From: Waterburya sp. | GTDB taxonomy: Bacteria; Cyanobacteriota; Cyanobacteriia; Cyanobacteriales; Xenococcaceae | DNA: 64,000 bases | Direction of reading: 5' to 3' | Assembly (NCBI GenBank): GCA_965217895.1 | Contig: CBDCJV010000002.1 | Span: 1,344,001-1,408,000 of the forward strand | Part shown: positions 21,504-31,388 of the stretch, one piece after another | Layout of the letters: each line of letters starts with the position of its first letter | How positions within the stretch are numbered: the stretch's first letter is position 1 | Translations under genes and position numbers: made by a program | The notes under the pieces: generated by a model | Told to the model about the DNA's origin: nothing | Databases searched by the model: none | What the model saw: the letters and a program-made list of their open reading frames with translations, nothing else

Positions 21504-22469
21504 ATGAGCAATTTCTCTTCTTTAAATCTCGAACAGCTAGCAGCTAAGCTAAAACAGTCACTTGGTATAATCCAAAAGCAAGATATTCAGGTTGTCAGCC
21601 AAATATTAGGTTTACAAACAGATAATCAGATACAGGTTGGTGATGATTGCGCTGCTATCCACGACGGCGATGGTTATTTACTTTTAGCTGCTGAAGGAAT
21701 ATGGCACGTATTAGTGGAGACAGATCCTTGGTTTGCAGGTTGGTGTGCAGTCATGGTCAACGTGAGCGATATTGCAGCCATGGGCGGAAGAGCGATCGCG
21801 CTTGTCGATACGATTTGGACTGAAGATACCGCTAAAGCCATACCAATGCTAGAAGGAATGAAAGCTGCTGCAAAAGCTTTTAATATACCCATTGTCGGCG
21901 GGCATACTAATTTTCACAGTATTTACAATGCTTTAGGCGTGTCTATTTTAGGACGGGCAAAAAAGTTGATTAGTAGTTTTGCAGCTCAACCTGGAGATTT
22001 ACTAGTTGTGGCAATAGATTTGCAGGGGGAAATGCACTCTAAATTTCCTTTTTGGAATGCTGCTACCAAAGCCAAAGCAAGTCGATTACAAGAAAATTTA
22101 ACCATTCTTCCTTATTTAGCCGAGAATAACCTATGCAATGCTGGTAAAGATATTAGCATGGGAGGAATTGTCGGGACTCTATTGATGTTAATCGAAGCTT
22201 CTCAGTGTGGTGCAGTTTTAAATTTAGATAATATTGTCTGTCCTGTCAATATAGATCTAGAAACTTGGTTGCTCTGCTTTCCTAGTTACGGATTTTTACT
22301 ATCAATTCAGCCCCAAAATTTAGATGTGGTCAAGAGACAATTTAATGAAAGAAAAGTCTTCTGTAATTTAGTTGGAGAAATTATCAAAGGCTCTCAATTA
22401 ATCCTTAAGTCACAACAGCAATCTCATTTATTTTGGGATTTTAAGACAGATAACTTTATCCTCAGCTAA
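21504..22469 (+). CDS. AIR-synthase-like (PurM/ThiL/SelD fold) protein, sll0787 family
   Basis: GDDCAAI.DG.GYLL.AAEG, DPWFAGW..VMVNVSDIAAMGG, GGHTN, KDISMGG, WL..FPSYGF. Confidence 0.85.
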   Translation: MSNFSSLNLEQLAAKLKQSLGIIQKQDIQVVSQILGLQTDNQIQVGDDCAAIHDGDGYLLLAAEGIWHVLVETDPWFAGWCAVMVNVSDIAAMGGRAIALVDTIWTEDTAKAIPMLEGMKAAAKAFNIPIVGGHTNFHSIYNALGVSILGRAKKLISSFAAQPGDLLVVAIDLQGEMHSKFPFWNAATKAKASRLQENLTILPYLAENNLCNAGKDISMGGIVGTLLMLIEASQCGAVLNLDNIVCPVNIDLETWLLCFPSYGFLLSIQPQNLDVVKRQFNERKVFCNLVGEIIKGSQLILKSQQQSHLFWDFKTDNFILS

Positions 22470-22536
22470 TCTTTTTTTAATTTGTCGCGATTATAGAGAA
22501 ATGCGATCGCATTTCTCTTCGATACTTTTAAGCAGA

Positions 22537-22567
22537 GCGATGCTTTCGACTAGGCTTCGCCAATCGC
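22537..22567. repeat. Small dispersed repeat inserted within a HIP1-like site
   Basis: GCGAT-gctttcgactaggcttcgcca-ATCGC: the two halves of HIP1 flank a 21-nt insert. Confidence 0.55.
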
Positions 22568-22615
22568 GTTAAAATTTTAATTATCAACCTAATTTTTTTA
22601 GTTTAGATATTAATT

Positions 22616-22837
22616 ATGACCGACCTTCTGACACAGGCATTTAGTAAGGCACAAAACTTACCCGCTCATTTACAAGATGAACTTGCACAGCAATTAATTG
22701 AAGATATTGAAGGTGAACTCAAATGGCAGCAATCATTATCTCAACCACAACACAGCAAGTTAGAACAATTAGCAGCAAAAGCACTCAAAGATTCGGCAAA
22801 TGGGACAACAGAGGAGATTGGTTTTGACGAATTATGA
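22616..22837 (+). CDS. Putative type II antitoxin
   Basis: Small acidic protein (MT.LL..A.......LP...QD..A......I..E..W); ATGA overlap with the toxin-like gene. Confidence 0.75.
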   Translation: MTDLLTQAFSKAQNLPAHLQDELAQQLIEDIEGELKWQQSLSQPQHSKLEQLAAKALKDSANGTTEEIGFDEL

Positions 22838-23106
22838 AGTCGGAACTAACCATAGAGTCTATTCAAGGTTTTGCCGAACTACTAGAAAGGGTCAAGAAAA
22901 CTGCCAGAAAAAATTATCAGCTATGGAAACAAAATCCAGATCATCCTAGTTTAGAATTTAAGAAGCTTAATACAAAACAACCTATATATTCGGTAAGAGC
23001 AGGAATAGGTTGGCGGGCTGTAGGAATTATGAAAGATTCTGAAATAATTGTTTGGTTTTGGATTGGTTCGCATAGTAATTATGACAAGTTACTTAAAAAC
23101 TTGTAG
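22834..23106 (+). CDS. ParE/RelE-like toxin
   Basis: 90-aa basic protein: ARKNY.LW..NP.HPSL.FKK, YSVR.G.GWRA.G, WFWIGSH..YD.L. Confidence 0.8.
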   Translation: MKSELTIESIQGFAELLERVKKTARKNYQLWKQNPDHPSLEFKKLNTKQPIYSVRAGIGWRAVGIMKDSEIIVWFWIGSHSNYDKLLKNL

Positions 23107-23266
23107 AGTTAAGTCATAGATGGCGATCGCATTTCTTTTCAATATCTTAAGTTAGATATAGCAATGTAAAACTGATATACTACAGTCTGTAAATACAATA
23201 GATAACTATATAATAATGCCTATCATAATTCAATTTACATCTAAAATATTATGATTTTTTATTCAC

Positions 23267-23611
23267 CTAAAAAGGCGATCGCTCTAATAAATTTAAACCA
23301 ATTACACCAATAAGAATTGCACCAATAAAAATTATTTTAAATAAACTAATACTTTCGTTAAATAATAATATACCGATAATAGTAATTCCAATTATTCCCA
23401 ATCCAGACCAAATAGCATAGGCAATACTGATATCTATGGTTTTAATAGCTATACTTAAAAAACCAAAAGCTAAAACATAACCTATGACAACACCTATTAA
23501 ATAAATAGATTTTAAAGATCCATTGGTCATTTTTAGACACGTGGTAGCCAAGATTTCAGAAATAATCGCAAAAAACAAAAATAATTCGTTTCTATGGCTC
23601 ATAATGTTCAT
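23267..23611 (-). CDS. SMR (EmrE/QacE-like) small multidrug resistance transporter
   Basis: Four TM helices; AI.SE...T..LK with the conserved Glu; AYAIWSGLG; GVIGLNL. Very AT-rich. Confidence 0.9.
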   Translation of the reverse strand: MNIMSHRNELFLFFAIISEILATTCLKMTNGSLKSIYLIGVVIGYVLAFGFLSIAIKTIDISIAYAIWSGLGIIGITIIGILLFNESISLFKIIFIGAILIGVIGLNLLERSPF

Positions 23612-23697
23612 TATCCTGCCTCCTGACCTAATAAGTTAATTACCTTGTTTTTATTTGACTCAAGGGCAAGCTAATACCTACCCTTGTATTTTTAAAC

Positions 23698-25899
23698 CTA
23701 GCTAATCAATTCCTTAGCTCTTTTAACAAAGTTATCCGCAGTAATGCCGTTGAATTCCATAATTTGAGCAGCACTAGAAGCAGTTTCTCCTCGTTTCCAA
23801 GCAAAAACATCTCGTTTACTATTACTACGCAACATCACAGGTTCTAGCATTGCACTCGAACCACCAGTTACTCCTATCAAGGCATCGCCAGCAAACATCT
23901 GGTCAAATTCAGCATCACCAAGGAAATTACCATCCTGTTCACGACTGCAAGTATCCCAAGCCACATCTGTAGAACGATATAAACGACGGGGATTAATTAT
24001 AGAGACAATTCTCGAACCAATACCCTGAGATTTTAGCTGTTCGGCAGCCTCAAAGGTAGGAATTAGCGTCATGTCGCCAATTACTGCAAAGACAACGGTT
24101 TTATTCCCTGGAGTTTCTTGGAGAACAATGCCACCTTTAGCTAATCCTGACCGTGTTTGTTCTAGAGTAGTGCGAATGGCTAAGGGGGACTTACTAGCGG
24201 TAATGGTTATTCCTTTGTTTTTTGTACCTAATGCCCATTCATAACAAGCCTGAATACTGTTAGCATCGCAGGGGAAAAGAGGAAAAACATTGCCATTACG
24301 CATCATCCCTGCAAAGTAATTCTCAACTTCAGGGCGTTGGTGTGTCCAGCCGTTGCGCCCTTGTTCTAATGCCCCTGCGGTAAATAAAGTAATAGTAGAG
24401 GGAGTGGTACGGCGTAATTCCGTCATCGCTTGAGTAACCGTTTGCCAAATAGGTAAACCATTAATAGCAAAAGATTCATAGGAACACCAAAGAGTCCTCG
24501 CCCCAAATAAAGCCTGTGCCGCTGCCAACCCAGCACAAGCATCTTCACTAAGAGGTTCGTAAACCTGTCCTTCAGGCTGCTGAAAATAGATTTCGTCGGT
24601 GGTGGGGTGAATAATCTTTAAAGCAGTATTGATGTTTTTGATGCCTGAAGCTGCATTCCCGTCAGCATTTGCCACAATGAAGTTTTTGTCCTGTTGTCCG
24701 ACATAAGCAGCGATCGCACCCATGGCTGTAGTGGCAACCTGTTTATCGCTACCAACGGCATATTCTTCTAAGGGAATATTGCCTAAATCTGGTATAGGGT
24801 ATTCTTGTTCGGTAACGGCTGTATGGGCTGCTGCACCACCATTAGAACGAAGATAATTATTGCGTACAAGCTGCCAGGCTTCGGGAGTTAAAGCCCTTTG
24901 TTTTAAAGCAGCCATAATATAATCTTTGTCTACATGATCGCCTGGATAAAGATTATGAGACTGTGCGCCATCTTTGTGTACTCCTGAACCTTTAAGCTGT
25001 TTGACGATTAAAACAGTCAATTTACCGCCTAACGCCGATTTTGCAGCTTTATCTGTTGCCTCTAAGATTGCCTGAGTAAAAGCCATTCTAGCTTCAAAAG
25101 AAAACCTAGTACTGTTTACATAGTCTCCTGGCTGATTTGTGTCGTCGTAGTCTTTGGCGTTAACCAGAATTACTTCTGCAAAACCGTTACCCTCCCAGTA
25201 TGCCATCATTTCTTCATTGGTTTTGGTAGAAACCATACTGTGATGTTCCTGGGAATAACCATTCCAAACCAAAATAGGTAAGAAGTTAGTCACTTGGGGA
25301 AAGGCGGTATTAAAATGCCCAAAGCTGCTCATGATATAAGGTTCACCCAAACCGCCATCACCAATAGTTACAGGAAATAAGACCCCAGGATGAAGTTTTG
25401 CCCCTGCCATAGCAAAATGCTGTCCTTGTCCTAGGGGTCCTGCGGGGTTAAGTAAACCAGGGATTTGTCCTGAAAGGTGTCCCAAAAGCCCATGCATTTC
25501 CCGAAAGCGATCGCCTAGATCTTGAACATTATTGATGCCCATCGCCTCTAGAGAAGTATCTAAAAAGACATTACTATAAAAACCTGGAGCATGATGACCG
25601 ACCTCAGTAATAATATTTTTATGTCCTAACATTACCAAAGCAGCAATAGTATCAGCGATACTAGCAAAACCGCCTGGATGTCCTGACTGCTTACTGGCGG
25701 TGATTTGTAGAGTTAGATAGCGTAAAGCATCGGCTGCCAACATAGTTTGATAAACTGCTGCTTTATCTGTAGGCGAGGCGATCGCAGTTTGTCCCTCTGC
25801 AATTGCTGATGACTGCCCGTATTGCTCGAAACCAGGCAACTGTTCTTGAAAGTGTTTAATCCCTTGGCAAAAAGCGGGAATATTAGTGGCAACGGTCAT
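23698..25899 (-). CDS. Phosphoketolase/transketolase-like ThDP enzyme (cyanobacterial short phosphoketolase type)
   Basis: SGHPGG, GHHAPG, GPLGQG, ThDP motif GDGGLGE...N, SYESF, NGWTHQRP. Start placed at ATG 25899. Confidence 0.85.
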   Translation of the reverse strand: MTVATNIPAFCQGIKHFQEQLPGFEQYGQSSAIAEGQTAIASPTDKAAVYQTMLAADALRYLTLQITASKQSGHPGGFASIADTIAALVMLGHKNIITEVGHHAPGFYSNVFLDTSLEAMGINNVQDLGDRFREMHGLLGHLSGQIPGLLNPAGPLGQGQHFAMAGAKLHPGVLFPVTIGDGGLGEPYIMSSFGHFNTAFPQVTNFLPILVWNGYSQEHHSMVSTKTNEEMMAYWEGNGFAEVILVNAKDYDDTNQPGDYVNSTRFSFEARMAFTQAILEATDKAAKSALGGKLTVLIVKQLKGSGVHKDGAQSHNLYPGDHVDKDYIMAALKQRALTPEAWQLVRNNYLRSNGGAAAHTAVTEQEYPIPDLGNIPLEEYAVGSDKQVATTAMGAIAAYVGQQDKNFIVANADGNAASGIKNINTALKIIHPTTDEIYFQQPEGQVYEPLSEDACAGLAAAQALFGARTLWCSYESFAINGLPIWQTVTQAMTELRRTTPSTITLFTAGALEQGRNGWTHQRPEVENYFAGMMRNGNVFPLFPCDANSIQACYEWALGTKNKGITITASKSPLAIRTTLEQTRSGLAKGGIVLQETPGNKTVVFAVIGDMTLIPTFEAAEQLKSQGIGSRIVSIINPRRLYRSTDVAWDTCSREQDGNFLGDAEFDQMFAGDALIGVTGGSSAMLEPVMLRSNSKRDVFAWKRGETASSAAQIMEFNGITADNFVKRAKELIS

Positions 25900-26135
25900 A
25901 AAAATATATCCTTCGTTTATCAAACTGCAAGTATTAGGTAAATCTTACAATTTTAAGCGGTCTGAAAACGACAACATATATCAGTAATTCTAAATGATGC
26001 TAAAAGCTTAGGTTAATTGACTAGTGTTAGGCACTAATTGACCTGTGACGATCAGGTTAGAGGTCAGAGATAAGTAAATATGCAGAATTAAATATAAAAC
26101 CGAATAAGCAAGATTTTACTTTTTACTGTCTTGGT

Positions 26136-26172
26136 GCGCGTTCCCTTGCGCCTGACGGCGACGCGGGGTCGC
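26136..26172. repeat. 37-nt small dispersed repeat ('element A', uninterrupted copy) within a TTTTTAC heptamer array
   Basis: gcgcgttcccttgcgcctgacggcgacgcggggtcgc; the same element recurs, interrupted, at 35058-35244 and 42695-42830. Confidence 0.85.
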
Positions 26173-26244
26173 ACCGCTTTTTACTTTTTACGAAGACTAT
26201 CTTCTAATTAATTTCACCCAGCTACTAAGTAGGTTTTCTGAATT

Positions 26245-26280
26245 TTACTCGTTACTCGTTACTCAAGCAAAGCGGTACTA
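26245..26280 (-). repeat. TAGTACCGCT-capped heptamer-repeat element
   Basis: Minus strand reads TAGTACCGCT then (GAGTAAC)n; the same 10-nt cap occurs at 59065. Confidence 0.6.
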
Positions 26281-26814
26281 GGCATCGCGCCACTTAATAG
26301 GAGTACCTGTGGGTTCAACGTAATCTTTGGCAATTTTTCTGCTTGAAAGTATTGTAGAGATACTATCACGAAGATAATGATGATTAACTCGATCTACTGA
26401 TTCGGCACAATCGTCAATCCTGCCTTGATAACGAATAACAGCATCACTATCTAATAAATATACAGTAGGCATAACTTTGACTTTAAAAGCTTTTGCCACA
26501 TCTTGAGTGGTATCGCGTAGGTAAGGAAAGTTGAGCTTTTGTTCATGAGCAAATTGCTTCATGCCTTCCATGGTGTCGGCGATCGCTTCTGAGCGATGAT
26601 TAGAATCTATGCCCATGACGGTAAAACCCTGGCTGCTAAAGTCAGCTTGAAGCTGTTTAAGGCGTTCGAGATATTGCTCAACTTCAGGACTTTCGCTGTT
26701 CATGAAAACTACGGCGATCGCTTTGAATTTTCTACGGTAGCTACCAAGATGATAAACTTCTTGATCGATACCTGGAATTTCAAAATCAGGAGCAAAATTA
26801 CCTATCGTGTTCAT
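26278..26814 (-). CDS. AhpC/TSA (PRX-like) redoxin-fold protein lacking the CxxC cysteines
   Basis: G..APDF..PG.D, FPYL.D.TQ.VAKAF, RY.GRIDD, G..IKW; the CNHC position reads NSES. Confidence 0.85.
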   Translation of the reverse strand: MNTIGNFAPDFEIPGIDQEVYHLGSYRRKFKAIAVVFMNSESPEVEQYLERLKQLQADFSSQGFTVMGIDSNHRSEAIADTMEGMKQFAHEQKLNFPYLRDTTQDVAKAFKVKVMPTVYLLDSDAVIRYQGRIDDCAESVDRVNHHYLRDSISTILSSRKIAKDYVEPTGTPIKWRDA

Positions 26815-26986
26815 AAATACTATTTCCTATAGAAAGTCTTATGTAATGCAAACAACCAATTTTATCAATTTTATTTTGAATCTGAGTGTGAGCTAGATCT
26901 TTTTGAGAATATTCTAAGCTGTATCAAGAATAAAGAAAAATTTCATTGTTTAAATGAACATATTTTTTCTTTTGAACTCGATTATT

Positions 26987-27871
26987 TTAGCAAGATAATG
27001 TACTGTAGCTAACCAATTTGTAAACTAGTTTCGCAGCCGTAAACTCTGATACTACAGAGTCTGAAGTTGGTGCAAGCTCCATCACATCGCAGCCTATTAC
27101 TTGATGCTTGCTAAATATTTTCTGCAGAAATTTAGTTAATTCAAACCAGTTTAATCCTCCTGGTTCTGGAGTTCCTACTCCAGGCATTAAACTAGGATCA
27201 AGTCCATCAAGATCGATGGTAATAAATACTTTTTTGGTGGTGATTTTAGAAATAGCTCGATCGATCCAGTCTGAGTTTTGATAAATATCTTTTGCCCAAA
27301 CTACAGGAATTTGCTTTTGTTTAATTAACTGCGCTTCTTCTAAACAGATACTGCGGATACCCACGGGCAAAGTCGGCAACCCCATATCTAAAACTCGGCG
27401 CATGACGCAAGCATGATTGTAGATTGAGTCTTCGTAGCTATGGCGCATATCTCCATGGGCATCAATTTGAATTACGGTAAAAGGCTCACTTAATAGCTGT
27501 TGATAAGCCTTGACTATTCCTGCGGTAATACTGTGTTCTCCCCCTAAAGCAATGACAAATTTGCCGTCGGCAACTAGTTCAGATACCTTAGCAGTAACCA
27601 GATCGATCATTGCCTCTGGCATTAAATCAGGATTTGTTATCGTACTGGCGATCGCATTTGTCGTAAAAATCTCTATTTCGTGACATATTTCTTTTTCTAA
27701 CTCAATATCATAAGCTTCTAGCTGATCTGAGGCTTCAATAATTGCTGCTGCACCATTTTGGCATCCTTTACGGTAGGTAGTGGTTTTTTCATAAGGGATA
27801 GGCAAAATAATTACTTTTGCTTCCTCGTAAGTTGTTTGAGCTTCTGAACCAATAAATTGCTTAGGAAACAT
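26987..27871 (-). CDS. speB: Agmatinase (ureohydrolase)
   Basis: LGGEHSIT, DAHGD, TIDLDGLDP, GVGTPEPGG, DVMELAP. Confidence 0.9.
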   Translation of the reverse strand: MFPKQFIGSEAQTTYEEAKVIILPIPYEKTTTYRKGCQNGAAAIIEASDQLEAYDIELEKEICHEIEIFTTNAIASTITNPDLMPEAMIDLVTAKVSELVADGKFVIALGGEHSITAGIVKAYQQLLSEPFTVIQIDAHGDMRHSYEDSIYNHACVMRRVLDMGLPTLPVGIRSICLEEAQLIKQKQIPVVWAKDIYQNSDWIDRAISKITTKKVFITIDLDGLDPSLMPGVGTPEPGGLNWFELTKFLQKIFSKHQVIGCDVMELAPTSDSVVSEFTAAKLVYKLVSYSTLSC

Positions 27872-27975
27872 TCTTTAAAAGATGAAGGCGGAAGAATAAA
27901 TAATGCTGCTGCTTGGTTGGCGAAAGTGCTAACAAAAGGTTATCAATAAGTTTTCAAACTCAAGTCAAATAAAAA

Positions 27976-28680
27976 TTACTTTGCATTAGAAACGCGAAGT
28001 TGCCTTTTAGAAAGTTGTCCAACCATCTCTGCACGGGACGAAACCTCAAGCTTACGGAACATTCGCTTCAATGCTTGTTTCACAGAATTCTCCGTAATCC
28101 AAAGTTCAGTTCCAATTTCTGCGTTAGTTTTTCCCAAAGCAACCAACTCGGCAATCTGTAACTCACGGGGAGTTAATTTATTGCTCCTAAATGATTGATC
28201 CTGCGGTGTTGAAACAGAGGTTCGTGCAAATCTTACGGTTGTAGTCCAGCTTGATAGATGCAAACAGATGGCACTGAGATCTGCTAAATTTTGAGTATCA
28301 AAAGCAGGCATTATCTTTTCACGAGTACAGCCTACTAAACCAACTAATTGACCGCGATCAATAATTGGCCCTGCCATCACGTGCCAGTGATCTGGACGAG
28401 GACAGATTAATTGCCAAGCTTTAGGGGTGGTTGCCAATCCTTCATGAGCAGGTGTATGACGCTCAACTATGTAACGCGCTACGGGGTTATGCTCAACTGA
28501 TAATGCCACTCGTATTACTTTCTGAAGCTTTGGATTGGTTGGCAGTTGGTCAAAGAAAAAGATTCCCGATCGCTTTACAGTAAAATACTCACTTATCTTT
28601 GGCGCAAGGTGCGATCGCAAGATATTTTCATCCTTTGCCTGCTGAATTTCGGCAAATAAAAGCTTTAAAGGAATTGTCAT
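27976..28680 (-). CDS. LuxR-family regulator with GAF-like N-terminal domain
   Basis: CPR.DHWHVMAGPI; C-terminal LTPRELQIAELVA.G.TN.EI..ELWITENSVKQALKR. Confidence 0.88.
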   Translation of the reverse strand: MTIPLKLLFAEIQQAKDENILRSHLAPKISEYFTVKRSGIFFFDQLPTNPKLQKVIRVALSVEHNPVARYIVERHTPAHEGLATTPKAWQLICPRPDHWHVMAGPIIDRGQLVGLVGCTREKIMPAFDTQNLADLSAICLHLSSWTTTVRFARTSVSTPQDQSFRSNKLTPRELQIAELVALGKTNAEIGTELWITENSVKQALKRMFRKLEVSSRAEMVGQLSKRQLRVSNAK

Positions 28681-28692
28681 GATGGTAAAAAG

Positions 28693-28710
28693 AGTACTCG
28701 ATCGAGGACT
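28693..28710. promoter_or_regulatory. Putative operator palindrome between divergent luxR-type and DJ-1 genes
   Basis: agtactcga|tcgaggact, an 18-bp near-perfect palindrome about 25 nt upstream of a -10-like tagtat/tataaa. Confidence 0.5.
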
Positions 28711-28780
28711 AGGCAGAACAGGCTGTCATTTCTAGTATAAAGATAGATTTAGTTACAAGTCCCTTTAGGAGATTTAATTA

Positions 28781-29446
28781 ATGAGTCATTCAAAACAACA
28801 TATCATTGGTTTGGTTTTTTATCCTGGCATGACAGCACTCGATATGCTGGGACCCAATCAAGTTTTCAGTGCGCTTCCAGGTGTCGAACTTCATCGGCTC
28901 TGGAAAACGCTAGACCCGATCGCAACTGATGATGGATTGGTGATTTTGCCAGATACCACCTTTGAAAATTGCCCGCCTTTGGACGTGATTTGTGTCGGGG
29001 GTGGCTTAGAACAGCGTAAATTCGTAGACGATCCAGAGGTGCTGGAATTTTTCCGCAAACAAGGCAGCACTGCAAAGTTTATTACCTCTGTATGTGGCGG
29101 GTCAGAGTTTCTGGCGAAAGCTGGTTTGCTAGAAGGCTATCGAGCAGCAACGCACTGGGGGATGCGCGAACAGCTTGCAAAGTTGGGCGTTGAGGTTGGA
29201 ACCGAGCGCGTCGTCATCGATCGCAATCGAATTACTGGCGGAGGCGTGACAGCGGGGATCGATTTTGGTCTGACGATCGCGAGCATCCTTTGTGGTGAGG
29301 AAACCGCCAAAATTGTTCAACTCTTACTTGAGTACAATCCTGCCCCTCCATTTGATACTGGTTCACCTGAAAAAGCGGGTCCTGAATTGGTCAACAAGGC
29401 AATACTATTGATGCAACAGATATCGAGTTTAGAACTAACAAAATAA
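28781..29446 (+). CDS. DJ-1/PfpI family protein (isonitrile hydratase-like)
   Basis: YPG.T.LD..GP, TSVCGG nucleophile Cys, G..AATHW, ITGGGVTAGIDF, LEY.P.PPF..G.P. Confidence 0.9.
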   Translation: MSHSKQHIIGLVFYPGMTALDMLGPNQVFSALPGVELHRLWKTLDPIATDDGLVILPDTTFENCPPLDVICVGGGLEQRKFVDDPEVLEFFRKQGSTAKFITSVCGGSEFLAKAGLLEGYRAATHWGMREQLAKLGVEVGTERVVIDRNRITGGGVTAGIDFGLTIASILCGEETAKIVQLLLEYNPAPPFDTGSPEKAGPELVNKAILLMQQISSLELTK

Positions 29447-29456
29447 GTAAACTGAC

Positions 29457-29885
29457 ATGACTATAAATTCGGAAACGAATTACAATATTTCTGACAGAAG
29501 CTGGATAAAACTTGGCTTTTACGCGATTTCCATCATCTTTAACGTTTGCTTAATTGCTCAGGTATTAACTGTCGGTGTTGCTTACTTTAGCGATCCTGCC
29601 TGGTGGAGTATTCATGTATGGCTCGTGCGGGGGTATAGTGGACTATCCCTAATACTCTTGGCAGGCTCATTAATCGCTCCATTCTCCCACAAAATGCGAT
29701 CGCTTACTGCCAGTCTGCCCGTGTTGCTGGCACTCCAGTTTTGCAGCATTCATCTCAAGACACCTCTTCACCTAGAGGTACTTCATCCTTTGATTGGATT
29801 CACTTTATTCTATATTTCTTCTAGCCTTGTACATCGTGCATCACGTGAACTATTTAACACACCAGAGTCTGTAGCTAAATCTTGA
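29457..29885 (+). CDS. Small 4-TM membrane protein (DUF6220-like), co-oriented with the DJ-1 gene
   Basis: QV.TVG.A.F..P.WW..H and LHPL.G motifs in TM helices. Confidence 0.7.
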   Translation: MTINSETNYNISDRSWIKLGFYAISIIFNVCLIAQVLTVGVAYFSDPAWWSIHVWLVRGYSGLSLILLAGSLIAPFSHKMRSLTASLPVLLALQFCSIHLKTPLHLEVLHPLIGFTLFYISSSLVHRASRELFNTPESVAKS

Positions 29886-29942
29886 GTTTATTTGTACTGA
29901 TGTAAGATCTGAACTATAGCTTATAGCTGGGGCTTTGCCCTC

Positions 29943-30314
29943 TTATCGATCTACAAAACCAACTAGTTTAGTTATTTCCTGATTTTGATTTGTTTCTCCA
30001 AAGAAAATCCCCTTGGTAAAAATATCTCCATTGGGTTGAGTTAGCTGCCAATGGAAGCGGAAAAAACCATGATGGATATCTGGAGCAGAAACTAAGCTAA
30101 TCTTTAAATCAGGAAATTTACTTTTAAACTGATCGATAAAGCCTGAATGTAGTTCCCTCGTTTCAACCAAATCTGGCAGGTGAGAATCGGCATACACACA
30201 ATTAGGGGCAAGAACTTTTTCGATTAAAGATCCTCTTTGTTCGGCATTAGGAGCATTCCAGGCTGCTAAATATTGGCTGATAACCTGTTCAATTTCTGAT
30301 GTTTGATTGCTCAT
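29943..30314 (-). CDS. SnoaL-like/NTF2 domain protein
   Basis: I..YLAAWN.....R...I.......Y.D, HH...RF.W, I...VGF. Confidence 0.8.
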   Translation of the reverse strand: MSNQTSEIEQVISQYLAAWNAPNAEQRGSLIEKVLAPNCVYADSHLPDLVETRELHSGFIDQFKSKFPDLKISLVSAPDIHHGFFRFHWQLTQPNGDIFTKGIFFGETNQNQEITKLVGFVDR

Positions 30315-30451
30315 TTTACTCTAGTGATGAAAGCTTACAGCTTAGAGCTTATAACTTAAAGCTAAAAACAAAAACAAACAAAGCTGTTCCAGATTAAAAT
30401 TAAATTATAAAGATACAAAACTTAAAAATCCTAACTTTTATATTTAAGCTT

Positions 30452-31342
30452 ATGACATCGGCGATCGCAATAACTCAAACACCTAAAACCTGGAACTGGA
30501 AAGGACACAATATTACCTATCAGCAGGCAGGAGAAACTGGCGCAGCAGTAGTATTAGTACATGGTTTTGGGGCATCTTGGGGACACTGGCGCAAAAACTT
30601 ACCCGTGTTGGGGGAATCTTGTCGTTGTTATGCGCTCGATCTGATTGGCTTTGGTGGATCTGATAAGCCTCAACCAAGTGCAGAAATTAAATATACCTTT
30701 GAAACCTGGGGAGAACAGCTAGCTGATTTTTGTCGTGAAGTGGTTGGCAGTCCTGCCTTTTTAATTGGTAATTCTATTGGCTGTATTGTAGTCATGCAAA
30801 CGGCGGTAGATCATCCTGAATTGGCTTTAGGTGTGGCAGCGATCGACTGTTCCATTCGGCTTTTACACGATCGCAAAAGAGTTACCCTGCCCTGGTATCG
30901 TAATTATGGCTCTTTAGTTATGCAGCAAGTATTAGGTAATAAGCAAATTGGTAGCTTCTTTTTTAGACAGATTGCCAAACCTAAAGTAGTTCGCAAGATC
31001 TTGCTACAGGCTTATTGTCGCCCCGAAGCAGTTACGGATGAACTGATCGATATTTTGATGAAACCTGCCCAAGATGAAGGCGCAGCGACTGTTTTTCTGG
31101 CTTTTACCCGCTATTCTCAAGGGCCTTTACCTGAAGATCTGCTGCCTCGCCTTGCTTGTCCCACGGTTTTATTATGGGGAACTGAAGATCCTTGGGAACC
31201 TGTAGCTATGGGTAAAGAATTAGCTGCAATATCTACAGTAGACAAGTTTATTCCCTTAAAAGGTTTAGGTCATTGTCCTCAAGATGAAGCCCCAGAAATA
31301 GTTAACCCGATTTTATTAAATTGGATTCAACAGCATCAGTAA
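30452..31342 (+). CDS. Alpha/beta hydrolase
   Basis: VHGFGAS, DLIGFGGSDKP, GNSIG nucleophile, WG..DPW, GHCPQDE. Confidence 0.93.
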   Translation: MTSAIAITQTPKTWNWKGHNITYQQAGETGAAVVLVHGFGASWGHWRKNLPVLGESCRCYALDLIGFGGSDKPQPSAEIKYTFETWGEQLADFCREVVGSPAFLIGNSIGCIVVMQTAVDHPELALGVAAIDCSIRLLHDRKRVTLPWYRNYGSLVMQQVLGNKQIGSFFFRQIAKPKVVRKILLQAYCRPEAVTDELIDILMKPAQDEGAATVFLAFTRYSQGPLPEDLLPRLACPTVLLWGTEDPWEPVAMGKELAAISTVDKFIPLKGLGHCPQDEAPEIVNPILLNWIQQHQ

Positions 31343-31388
31343 CAATTGATTTTGAGAAACCGCTATATCAACAGAAAATAAGTCTAAT

